A program made the translations under genes and the position numbers. Shown in pieces: positions 54,941 to 63,114 of a stretch of DNA of 64,000 nucleotides. This DNA comes from Clostridiales bacterium UBA3678. GTDB taxonomy: Bacteria; Bacillota; Clostridia; TANB77; CAG-508. The notes below the pieces were generated by a model, which saw only the letters and a program-made list of their open reading frames with translations, had not been told where the DNA came from and searched no databases. The stretch covers positions 35,405 through 99,404 of the forward strand of contig DFJF01000006.1 in NCBI GenBank assembly GCA_002372935.1, written 5' to 3'. How positions within the stretch are numbered: position 1 is the first letter of the stretch; every line of letters starts with the position of its first letter.

Positions 54941-55297
54941 ATGGTTTATAATATGTATACTAGATACAAAAGATCATGTTGCAATAATAATATGCAATGT
55001 GTATTAAACACTATGGAAACCAGTTGCAATTATATACAGCAAAATAATGATTTCAATATTGGATGTGGCTGTGGATTTGATGATAATAACAATGTTTTCC
55101 CATCTGATCCAATGTTTGGCCAGAGCTATGTTCCAATTCAATATATGAATAATACATTTAATCCTTGTGCTGGATTACACCATGGAACACTTTTTCCAGA
55201 ACTTGTAAGTTCATATTCTCCAGGGGATTCAATGGCTCAAATTAATTATATTAGTAATTCAAATACAATAGGAAAGGGGTGTAATGCTAATGGATGA
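54941..55297 (+). CDS. cotJA: Spore coat-associated protein CotJA
   Basis: GQSYVPIQYMNNTFNPCAGLHHGTLFPELVSSY and its position before cotJB/cotJC. The start may be 54953. Confidence 0.75.
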   Translation: MVYNMYTRYKRSCCNNNMQCVLNTMETSCNYIQQNNDFNIGCGCGFDDNNNVFPSDPMFGQSYVPIQYMNNTFNPCAGLHHGTLFPELVSSYSPGDSMAQINYISNSNTIGKGCNANG

Positions 55298-55568
55298 TAA
55301 TAATTGTATGAATAATAATCAATCAAATAGAGAAGAAATGTTGCATAAAATTAAATGTTTGAAATTTGCAATAACAGATTTAGCATTATATCTTGATACA
55401 CACCCAAATGATGAAAAAGCATTATGTTTGCATAATAAATATTGCAAAGAATTGAGAACTTTGACAGATCAATATCAAAAAATGTATGGACCTCTATCTA
55501 TAGAATGTCCATGTAATAAATGGAGATGGCTTGAAGAACCATGGCCTTGGGAAGGAGGAGTTTCATAA
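55284..55568 (+). CDS. cotJB: Spore coat protein CotJB
   Basis: LHKIKCLKFAITDLALYLDTHPNDEKAL...YQKMYGPL. The start may be 55290. It overlaps cotJA. Confidence 0.85.
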   Translation: MLMDDNNCMNNNQSNREEMLHKIKCLKFAITDLALYLDTHPNDEKALCLHNKYCKELRTLTDQYQKMYGPLSIECPCNKWRWLEEPWPWEGGVS

Positions 55569-56170
55569 TGTGGACATATAACAAAGTTTTGCAATATCCA
55601 ATAAATATAAAACAACCAGATCCAAAACTTGCGAAAGTAATTATTTCACAATATGGAGGACCAGATGGAGAGCTTGGAGCATCTCTTAGATATTTATCAC
55701 AAAGATTTGCAATGCCTGATCAAAATTCAAAAGCGATTTTAAATGATATAGGAACAGAAGAATTAGCACACTTAGAAATGGTTGGATCAATAGTACGTCA
55801 GCTTACAAAAAATGCTAGTTTAGAAGAACTAGAGGCTGCTGGTTTAGCACCATATTATACAGATCATGGTGTAGATGTATATCCTCAATCTGCTGCAGGA
55901 GTTCCATTTGATGCTAATTGTTTGGCTTGTAAAGGAGATCCTGTTGCAAACTTACAAGAAGACTTGGCAGCAGAGCAAAAAGCTCGTGCAACATATGAGA
56001 AATTAATAGACTTGTCTAGAGATAATCCAGATGTATTAGATCCTTTAAGATTCTTGCGTGAAAGGGAAATTGTACATTTCCAAAGATTTGGAGAGGCACT
56101 AAGGGGAGTTCAGGATAAAATTGCAACAAAGCATAATATGTATTTAAATAATTGCAAAAAAAATAATTAA
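55568..56170 (+). CDS. cotJC: Spore coat protein CotJC (manganese catalase family)
   Basis: MWTYNKVLQYPINIKQPDPKLAKVIISQYGGPDGELGASLRYLSQRF, ELAHLEM. TAATG overlap with cotJB. Confidence 0.9.
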   Translation: MWTYNKVLQYPINIKQPDPKLAKVIISQYGGPDGELGASLRYLSQRFAMPDQNSKAILNDIGTEELAHLEMVGSIVRQLTKNASLEELEAAGLAPYYTDHGVDVYPQSAAGVPFDANCLACKGDPVANLQEDLAAEQKARATYEKLIDLSRDNPDVLDPLRFLREREIVHFQRFGEALRGVQDKIATKHNMYLNNCKKNN

Positions 56171-56446
56171 ATTTTGAAAACAAAAATGACACATAATCAA
56201 AACTTATGGAACAATGTTAAACCAAATATTGAAACAAGGTATTGATTATGTGTCAATCTAAATAATTATATATTACATGGTGGTGTAATAAAGAAACCTA
56301 TGAAAAATATAATACAAAAAATTTTAAAAAAATATTCCCATTAAATAAAAAGTATGATAGAATAGTTGTAAATTATATGAAGAAGAAAACATAAAAATGG
56401 ATGAGACAGTAGAAAAAATGGGCTATTAGCAATAAAAAGCAGAAAA

Positions 56447-56499
56447 AAGATCTGTTCTTGATTGAAAAAAATATAAAAAGGGCCTGTTATCTACTGAAA
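56447..56499. repeat. Degenerate copies of the 21-bp family (site K), ending at the next SD
   Basis: aagatctgttcttgattgaaa and aagggcctgttatctactgaaaa, followed by aaataaggagg. Confidence 0.5.
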
Positions 56500-56520
56500 A
56501 AATAAGGAGGATAAAATTTA

Positions 56521-58839
56521 ATGGATAAGATTAATGATTATAAAAAGGAGAGTTTAAATAAGTTTTTGTTAATTACTGCAATTGTGTTAGTAATAATTGC
56601 GGTTGTTATTACGATTTTGTATATTGTAGTAAAAAATAATGAGGACACAGGTGCAGATTATTCTGATACAATAGTAGGTAAAAACTATTTTACTGCGATA
56701 TATATTGATTTATCAACTAAGTCTGTTAAAAGGGATAATATTGATACTACATTGCAAGAAGAGTTTGGCATTGGTGACAATGAAGCCAATTCTTTATTGA
56801 ATTCTACGGAAGATTTGCACAATTTTTTTGCAAATTCCACAATAGATGTAAATGTCGAAAATAATAGTATCCAACTTCAAGATAAATATCAAACAAAAAC
56901 AATTTTTCTTGAGGCTGACGAAGTAAAAGATGACTTTGGTGCTATATCATCTGAAAAACTCATGGATGGAATTTTTATTTTAAAATATGACACAGAAAAA
57001 AGGACAAGAGCTGCATATGAATTTTTTAGAACAGAGACATGGGTAAAGAAAGCTGTATTAGATCAAGTATCAGTTATAGAAACAATTAATGATGAATCAC
57101 AAACTATATATAAAGATAATGAAAAAAATAATAATGTCAATGAAAATTCTTATGGAGTTTCTGCAATGGGATTAGAAAATTATAAAAAAATAGTATCAGA
57201 TAATGGGAATCCTGCAGATGTTGTTGTTGCAACTATTGGCTATGGTGGTAATATTGATAATTCATATTTTGATGGAAGAATTAGTGATGAGTATTATAAT
57301 TTTATAGAAGATTCAAAAGATGTACATGAGACTATTGCACAAGGTAGTAGAACATTAGAAGTCATTAAAGAAGGAACAAGTGATAATGTTAAGATAATGC
57401 CATTGGTAGTTATAAATGATGAATATTATACAACTACTGCAGCAATTTTAAAGGCTATAGTATATGCTACAGAAAAGGCTGATGTAATCTGCTATGAGTT
57501 CGTTCAGAAACAAAATGAAATAATAGATTTAGTATTAAAAAATGCATTTAAAGAAGAAGTTCCAGTATGTTGTGTTACAAAAGAAGCAGTTAATGAAAAT
57601 GATGATATATATCCAGCAAATAATGGAACTACAATTGCAGTTTCATCAGTTGACAAGGATTTGAAGACTACAAGTTATTCTGCAAAGGGTGACTATCTAG
57701 ATTTTGTTGCAAGTAGTACAGATGTTAAAGAAATATTCAATTCATCATCTTCAGTATCAATGTGGTCAGGACCAGAATACGCAAATGCACATATAGTAGA
57801 TATTATTGCAATGATAAAAACATATAATAAAGATTTTACTTTAGTAGAGATATATAATATGATTAGAAATTATTGTAAAGACCTAGGAGATCAGGGCAAA
57901 GACGATATTTTTGGATATGGGTTCCCTGACTTTACTGGAATAAAAATATCAGATATAGATAAGCATTCACCAGAAATACAAGAGGTTAATTTTGACAATG
58001 ATAAATGGGAAAAGAGCAAAAAAATTCAAATTAAGGCAACAGATAACATAAAAATATATGGATGGAATATTACAAATTCAAATACTGCCCCAACAGAATG
58101 GACTAAAATAGATGGAAATTCAAATAATATAGATGTATCTGGAGATGTAAATAAAAACGGAACATTTTATGTTTGGGTTTCAGATAGTGCAGGAAATACA
58201 GCATATAGAACAATTGAAATAAATAAGGTAGATACAACAGGTCCAAAATTACAATATGCAATTGATAGTAGTAAACAGGCTACTGAAAAATATGTTACAA
58301 TTACAGCATCTGCAAAAGACGATGAATCAGGATTACATGATATGCCTTATAGCTGGGATGGTCAAAGTTGGGGAAATAATAATAACACATATAAGGTTAC
58401 ACGAAATGGAACATATAAATTATATGTTAGAGATAAATTAGGAAATACAACAGAAAGATCAATAACAATAAAGAATTTCCCAGAAGAAGGTAAAGCAGAT
58501 ATTGACAATGGAACAATAATAAAATCAATTTCTGTATCATCAGATTGGAATGGAAATAGGAATAATAGAGTTACAATTACAATCAACGAAGATGTAAGTG
58601 TAGAGAAATGGAGAGTTACAGAATCAGATGAAGTTCCATCAGATTTTCAAAATAATTCATCTGCAAATAATACAGATAATTCAAAAAGTAATGAAAATAC
58701 ATTACCAAGTAATGATTCATTATCTGGATACGCAAATCTTACAATTACAGTATCATTAAATGCAGGAACTAAATATTATTTTTGGGTAAAAGATTCAGAT
58801 GGAGATATTGTATCTCAAAGTTTTACAATTAGAAAATAA
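56521..58839 (+). CDS. Membrane-anchored subtilase (S8)-fold protein with substituted catalytic residues, plus C-terminal Ig-like repeats
   Basis: The S8 block order is conserved: VVVATIGYG (Asp position is Thr), IAQGSRT (His is Gln), CCVTKE (Asn is absent), WSGPEYANAHIVDIIAMI (Ser is Glu) and DIFGYGFPDF. N-terminal TM segment. Repeats of the type FYVWVSDSAGNTAY / YKLYVRDKLGNTTE / YYFWVKDSDGDIVS. Confidence 0.6.
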   Translation: MDKINDYKKESLNKFLLITAIVLVIIAVVITILYIVVKNNEDTGADYSDTIVGKNYFTAIYIDLSTKSVKRDNIDTTLQEEFGIGDNEANSLLNSTEDLHNFFANSTIDVNVENNSIQLQDKYQTKTIFLEADEVKDDFGAISSEKLMDGIFILKYDTEKRTRAAYEFFRTETWVKKAVLDQVSVIETINDESQTIYKDNEKNNNVNENSYGVSAMGLENYKKIVSDNGNPADVVVATIGYGGNIDNSYFDGRISDEYYNFIEDSKDVHETIAQGSRTLEVIKEGTSDNVKIMPLVVINDEYYTTTAAILKAIVYATEKADVICYEFVQKQNEIIDLVLKNAFKEEVPVCCVTKEAVNENDDIYPANNGTTIAVSSVDKDLKTTSYSAKGDYLDFVASSTDVKEIFNSSSSVSMWSGPEYANAHIVDIIAMIKTYNKDFTLVEIYNMIRNYCKDLGDQGKDDIFGYGFPDFTGIKISDIDKHSPEIQEVNFDNDKWEKSKKIQIKATDNIKIYGWNITNSNTAPTEWTKIDGNSNNIDVSGDVNKNGTFYVWVSDSAGNTAYRTIEINKVDTTGPKLQYAIDSSKQATEKYVTITASAKDDESGLHDMPYSWDGQSWGNNNNTYKVTRNGTYKLYVRDKLGNTTERSITIKNFPEEGKADIDNGTIIKSISVSSDWNGNRNNRVTITINEDVSVEKWRVTESDEVPSDFQNNSSANNTDNSKSNENTLPSNDSLSGYANLTITVSLNAGTKYYFWVKDSDGDIVSQSFTIRK

Positions 58840-58890
58840 TAATAATATATTTCAAAGTCTTGTTTCCAATTAGGAAACACAACCTAAGAG

Positions 58891-58921
58891 AGGTCTGGAA
58901 GGTTTCCAGACCTTTTTTTTA
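58891..58921 (+). terminator. Rho-independent terminator
   Basis: Stem aggtctggaa / ttccagacct with a 3-nt loop, followed by a T8 run. Confidence 0.85.
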
Positions 58922-59009
58922 GAATTAGAGAAAAATATTGTTTTGGAAATATATGGAAAAAAGATTTAATTCAAATATTTTTAATCTGTATTATTTTTTT
59001 ATAAAACAA

Positions 59010-59038
59010 TTGACAAATAAAAATCTATATAGTATAAT
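59010..59038 (+). promoter_or_regulatory. Perfect-consensus sigma-A promoter of the regulator-suf operon
   Basis: TTGACA-17-TATAAT. Confidence 0.7.
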
Positions 59039-59059
59039 GTTAGCCGTGGTTAACATTAT
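59034..59059 (+). promoter_or_regulatory. 26-bp palindromic operator candidate overlapping the -10 box
   Basis: ataatgttagcc gt ggttaacattat, with 11 of 12 arm positions complementary. The TTAGCC..GGTTAA core resembles DtxR/IdeR-type boxes. Confidence 0.55.
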
Positions 59060-59098
59060 GAAATTTAAAATTAATAAATATAAAGGAAAGAAGAAAAA

Positions 59099-59566
59099 AT
59101 GATTTCAAAATCACTAGAAGAATATTTAAAAACAATTTATATAATTGAAAAACAAAACGACAAACCTAGGGTAACAGATATTGCTGAAAAAATGAATTGT
59201 ACTAAGCCTAGTGTAAACAAGTCATTAAAGCTATTAAAAGAAAAAGAGCTTGTTATTTATGAACCTTATGGTCAAATAGAATTAACAGAAGAGGGAAAAA
59301 AACTTGCAAAAAAAATTTTAGAAGCAAATGATATTGTATATTTATTTCTAAGAGAAATTTTAGGAGAAGACGAAGAAATAGCAGAGTCTGAAGCTAAGAA
59401 GATAAAAATGGAAATGAATGATACAACATTAAATAAGCTTGCCAAGTATTTGCATAAGGAATTAGGACTATATAGCTTAGATTGTGGGTATGATATTAAT
59501 AATGAGCACTGTATAGATTGTGCAAGAAGAACAGAAAATAAAGCTCTTCAGAAAAAAGGTTTATAG
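59099..59566 (+). CDS. DtxR/MntR-family metal-dependent transcriptional repressor
   Basis: LEEYLKTIYIIEKQNDKPRVTDIAEKMNCTKPSVNKSLKLLKEKELV winged helix, plus a dimerisation/metal domain. Confidence 0.8.
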   Translation: MISKSLEEYLKTIYIIEKQNDKPRVTDIAEKMNCTKPSVNKSLKLLKEKELVIYEPYGQIELTEEGKKLAKKILEANDIVYLFLREILGEDEEIAESEAKKIKMEMNDTTLNKLAKYLHKELGLYSLDCGYDINNEHCIDCARRTENKALQKKGL

Positions 59567-59609
59567 GTACCTCTAAAAAACCTAAATATATTTACGAGGA
59601 TAGATAGAA

Positions 59610-60347
59610 ATGAACGAATTATTAAAAATTGAAAATTTACACGCAAATGTTGGAGAAAAAGAGATTTTAAAAGGATTAAATTTAGAAATAAAAAAGGGAG
59701 AAACACATGTTATAATGGGACCAAATGGTTCTGGTAAATCAACACTTGCAAATGTAATATTAAATAATCCAGTATATACAAAAACAGCTGGAAATATTGA
59801 ATTTGAAGGAGAAAACATAAATAATTTAAAAACAGATGAAATTGCAAGAAAAGGTATATTTATGTCATTTCAGTCACCAGAAGAAATACCTGGAATTTCA
59901 GTTATGAATTTTTTGAAATATGCAAAGAACAAAACAACAGGTCAGCCGGTAAAAGTATTTCAATTTAAAGAAGAAATAGCAAAAAATATGGAAGAATTAA
60001 AAATGAATGCAAGTTACATAAACAGAAATTTAAATGTAGGGTTTTCAGGAGGAGAGAAAAAGAAAACAGAAATACTTCAAATGCTTACATTACAGCCAAA
60101 GCTTGCTATATTAGACGAAACAGATTCAGGACTTGATGTAGACGCAATAAGAATTGTATCAAAAGGAATCAAAATGTTTAGCAATGAAAACAATGCAACA
60201 CTAATAATCACACATGGCACAAAAATCCTAAAAGAGCTTGATGTAGACTATGTCCACATTTTAGTTAATGGACAAATTGTTACAACAAAAGGTGGAGAAC
60301 TTGCAAAAGAGATTGAAGAAAACGGATATGCACAATATATAAGCTAA
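59610..60347 (+). CDS. sufC: Fe-S cluster assembly ATPase SufC
   Basis: IMGPNGSGKSTL, FSGGEKKK and LAILDETDSGLDVDA. Confidence 0.92.
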   Translation: MNELLKIENLHANVGEKEILKGLNLEIKKGETHVIMGPNGSGKSTLANVILNNPVYTKTAGNIEFEGENINNLKTDEIARKGIFMSFQSPEEIPGISVMNFLKYAKNKTTGQPVKVFQFKEEIAKNMEELKMNASYINRNLNVGFSGGEKKKTEILQMLTLQPKLAILDETDSGLDVDAIRIVSKGIKMFSNENNATLIITHGTKILKELDVDYVHILVNGQIVTTKGGELAKEIEENGYAQYIS

Positions 60348-60452
60348 GTCCTGTTTAGCCTAGCTGGGAACAGATCTTTTCTGATATTTTTTGTAACTAA
60401 TGCAGTTAGTCAAGAATAAAATAGATTTTTTTGATATGCGAAAGGATTTAAA

Positions 60453-61850
60453 ATGAAAACAGATATAGAAGAAATTAATAGAAATATTTATGATATAAAA
60501 AATAAAGATGAATATGATTTTAAAATAAAAAAAGGATTGACTAAAGAGATAATTGAAGAAATTTCTAAACAAAAAAATGATCCAGAATGGATGAGAGAGA
60601 TAAGGCTAAAAGCCTTAGAAACATATAATAAACTTGAACTCCCAACATGGGGGCCTGATTTATCTGAACTTAATATGGATGATATTGCAACATATGTAAG
60701 ACCTAAAACTAAGATGACTGATAATTGGGATGATGTTCCAGATGATATTAAAAATACATTTGATAGGTTAGGAATTCCAGAAGCGGAAAAGAGATCTTTA
60801 GCAGGTGTTGGAGCACAATATGATTCTGAAGTTGTATATCATAGCATGAAAAAAGAGCTTTTAGAGCAAGGAGTAATCTATACAGATATGGAGTCTGCTG
60901 TTAGAGATTACCCTGAAATAGTAAAAGAACATTTTATGAAATGTGTACCAATGTCAAATCATAAATTTGTAGCACTTCATGCAGCAGTTTGGTCTGGAGG
61001 ATCATTTGTATATGTGCCAAAAGGTGTGAAAGTTGAGATACCTTTGCAATCATATTTTAGATTGAATTCTCCTGAATCAGGACAATTTGAACATACTCTA
61101 ATTATAGTAGAAGAAGGAGCATCTTTGCACTTTATAGAAGGATGTTCAGCTCCAAAATATAATAAGGTAAATTTACATGCAGGATGTGTTGAACTTTATG
61201 TAAAAGATAATGCATATTTAAGATATTCGACAATAGAAAATTGGTCAAAAAATATGATGAATTTAAATACTAAAAGAGCAATTGTAGGAAAAAATGCTCA
61301 AATAGATTGGGTTTCAGGATCATTTGGATCACATATATCAATGTTATATCCGATGAGTGTATTAAATGGAGAAGGTGCAAAAACAGAATACACAGGAATT
61401 TCATTTGCAGGAAAAAATCAAAATTTAGATACTGGATTTAAAGTTATACACAATGCACCAAATACATCTTCTGTTGTAAATTCAAAGTCTATATCAAAAA
61501 ATGGTGGAATATGTACATATAGAGCATTAACCAAAATAAATGAAAATGCAAAAGGTTCAAAATGTTCAGTATCTTGTGAATCATTAATGCTTGATGACAT
61601 ATCAAGATCAGATACAATACCTGTAAATGATATAAGGAATGATGATATTGAATTTTCGCATGAGGCAAAAATAGGGAAAATAAGTGATAAGACCATTTTC
61701 TACTTAATGTCTAGAGGAATATCAGAAGAAGATGCGAAAGCAATGATAGTAAGGGGATTTGCATATCCAATATCCAAAGAGCTTCCTGTAGAATATGCAG
61801 TGGAAATGAATAACTTAATCAATTTAGAATTAGAAGGTAGTATTGGTTAA
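60453..61850 (+). CDS. sufB: Fe-S cluster assembly scaffold protein SufB
   Basis: 465 aa, with HAAVWSGGSFVYVPKGV, HEAKIGKISDKTIFYLMSRGISEEDA and its position after sufC. Confidence 0.9.
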   Translation: MKTDIEEINRNIYDIKNKDEYDFKIKKGLTKEIIEEISKQKNDPEWMREIRLKALETYNKLELPTWGPDLSELNMDDIATYVRPKTKMTDNWDDVPDDIKNTFDRLGIPEAEKRSLAGVGAQYDSEVVYHSMKKELLEQGVIYTDMESAVRDYPEIVKEHFMKCVPMSNHKFVALHAAVWSGGSFVYVPKGVKVEIPLQSYFRLNSPESGQFEHTLIIVEEGASLHFIEGCSAPKYNKVNLHAGCVELYVKDNAYLRYSTIENWSKNMMNLNTKRAIVGKNAQIDWVSGSFGSHISMLYPMSVLNGEGAKTEYTGISFAGKNQNLDTGFKVIHNAPNTSSVVNSKSISKNGGICTYRALTKINENAKGSKCSVSCESLMLDDISRSDTIPVNDIRNDDIEFSHEAKIGKISDKTIFYLMSRGISEEDAKAMIVRGFAYPISKELPVEYAVEMNNLINLELEGSIG

Positions 61851-61930
61851 CACTTTCAAAAGGGGACGGTTCTTTTTTGAAAGAGAACCGTCCCCTTCTG
61901 AAAAAGAACCGTCCCTAAATGAAAGAAGGA
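61851..61930. repeat. 21-bp repeat family, site I: 1 forward plus 2 reverse units between sufB and sufD
   Basis: cactttcaaaaggggacggttcttttttgaaagagaaccgtccccttctgaaaaagaaccgtccctaaatgaaagaagga. Confidence 0.9.
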
Positions 61931-61936
61931 ATGAAA

Positions 61937-63001
61937 ATGATAGTAAATAGAACTCCTATAAGAACATCGGTAAACTATGGTATAAATGAAGTGGATATAC
62001 AGGATTTAAAAATACATAGTAAAGTGGTAGAGTTCAATAATTTAACAATTTTGGGTGATTCCTCAAAATTTGATATTTACACAAATGATGATAATAATCA
62101 GGTAAATAGAAAAGATTTAGTGTATGGAAATGGCAAAGAACTTGAGGAAGAAGTTTATGAAAAGGCAAATCAAAATATAAAAATAGGTGTTAATAATTCA
62201 GGTACATTAAATCTAGAGTTTGAGCTTGATGATGAAAATAAATGCTTAATTGATAATATAAATATTATTTCAAATTCTAAGAAACAGGCAACTATTGTTA
62301 TAAAGTATGGTTCAGATGATGCACAAGAGTATTATCATAATGGAATAATAAGAGTAGATGCTAAAGAGAATTCAAGAATTAATATTATAGTTATAAATTT
62401 ATTGAATGAAAAAACAAATAATTTTTTAAGTATAGAAAATATATTAGGACAAGATGCAATTGTTAATTATACAATTGTAGACTTTGGCGGAAAGTCAAGT
62501 ATCTCGAATTATTATTCTAATTTAATAGGACAAAGATCAAAAGCAAATATAAATACAATCTATTTAGGAAATACTGAACAATTATTTGATCTAAATTACA
62601 TTGCAGAGCTTAGAGGAGAAAAAACAGATGTAAATATAGAAGTTCAAGGTGCTCTAAAAGATTTTGCTAAAAAGAATTTTAAAGGGACAATTGATTTCAA
62701 AAAAGGAAGCAAAAAGTCTACTGGGAATGAAAATGAATATTGCATGTTATTATCAGATAAAGCAAAATCAAAAGCTCTACCAATGCTTCTTTGTACAGAA
62801 GAAGATGTAGAAGGAAACCATAGTAGTGCAGCTGGAAAAGTAGACAAAAAATCATTATTTTACATTATGAGTAGGGGTATTTCATATAGAGATGCCATGA
62901 AATTAATTGTAAAAGCCAAGTTCAACAAAATTTTAGAAACGATAAAAGATGAAAATTTAAAAGATGAAATTTTAAAAGAGATAGATACCAAATTAGATTA
63001 A
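61937..63001 (+). CDS. sufD: Fe-S cluster assembly protein SufD
   Basis: HSSAAGKVDKKSLFYIMSRGISYRDA SufBD-family C-terminus. The start is ambiguous (61919, 61931 or 61937); 61937 has the best spacing after GAAGGA. Confidence 0.85.
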   Translation: MIVNRTPIRTSVNYGINEVDIQDLKIHSKVVEFNNLTILGDSSKFDIYTNDDNNQVNRKDLVYGNGKELEEEVYEKANQNIKIGVNNSGTLNLEFELDDENKCLIDNINIISNSKKQATIVIKYGSDDAQEYYHNGIIRVDAKENSRINIIVINLLNEKTNNFLSIENILGQDAIVNYTIVDFGGKSSISNYYSNLIGQRSKANINTIYLGNTEQLFDLNYIAELRGEKTDVNIEVQGALKDFAKKNFKGTIDFKKGSKKSTGNENEYCMLLSDKAKSKALPMLLCTEEDVEGNHSSAAGKVDKKSLFYIMSRGISYRDAMKLIVKAKFNKILETIKDENLKDEILKEIDTKLD

Positions 63002-63106
63002 TTTCATTTCAGAAGGGGACGGTTCTTTTTCAGAAGGGGACGGTTCTCTTTCAAAAAAGAACCGTCCCCTTCTGAAAAAGAACCGTCCCTAAATGAAAGA
63101 AAGGAG
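63002..63106. repeat. 21-bp repeat family, site J: 2 forward plus 2 reverse units bounded by TTTCATTT / AAATGAAA, between sufD and sufS
   Basis: tttcatttcagaaggggacggttc... ggggacggttc ... agaaccgtcccc ... agaaccgtccctaaatgaaagaaaggag. Confidence 0.92.
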
Positions 63107-63114
63107 ATAATAAT

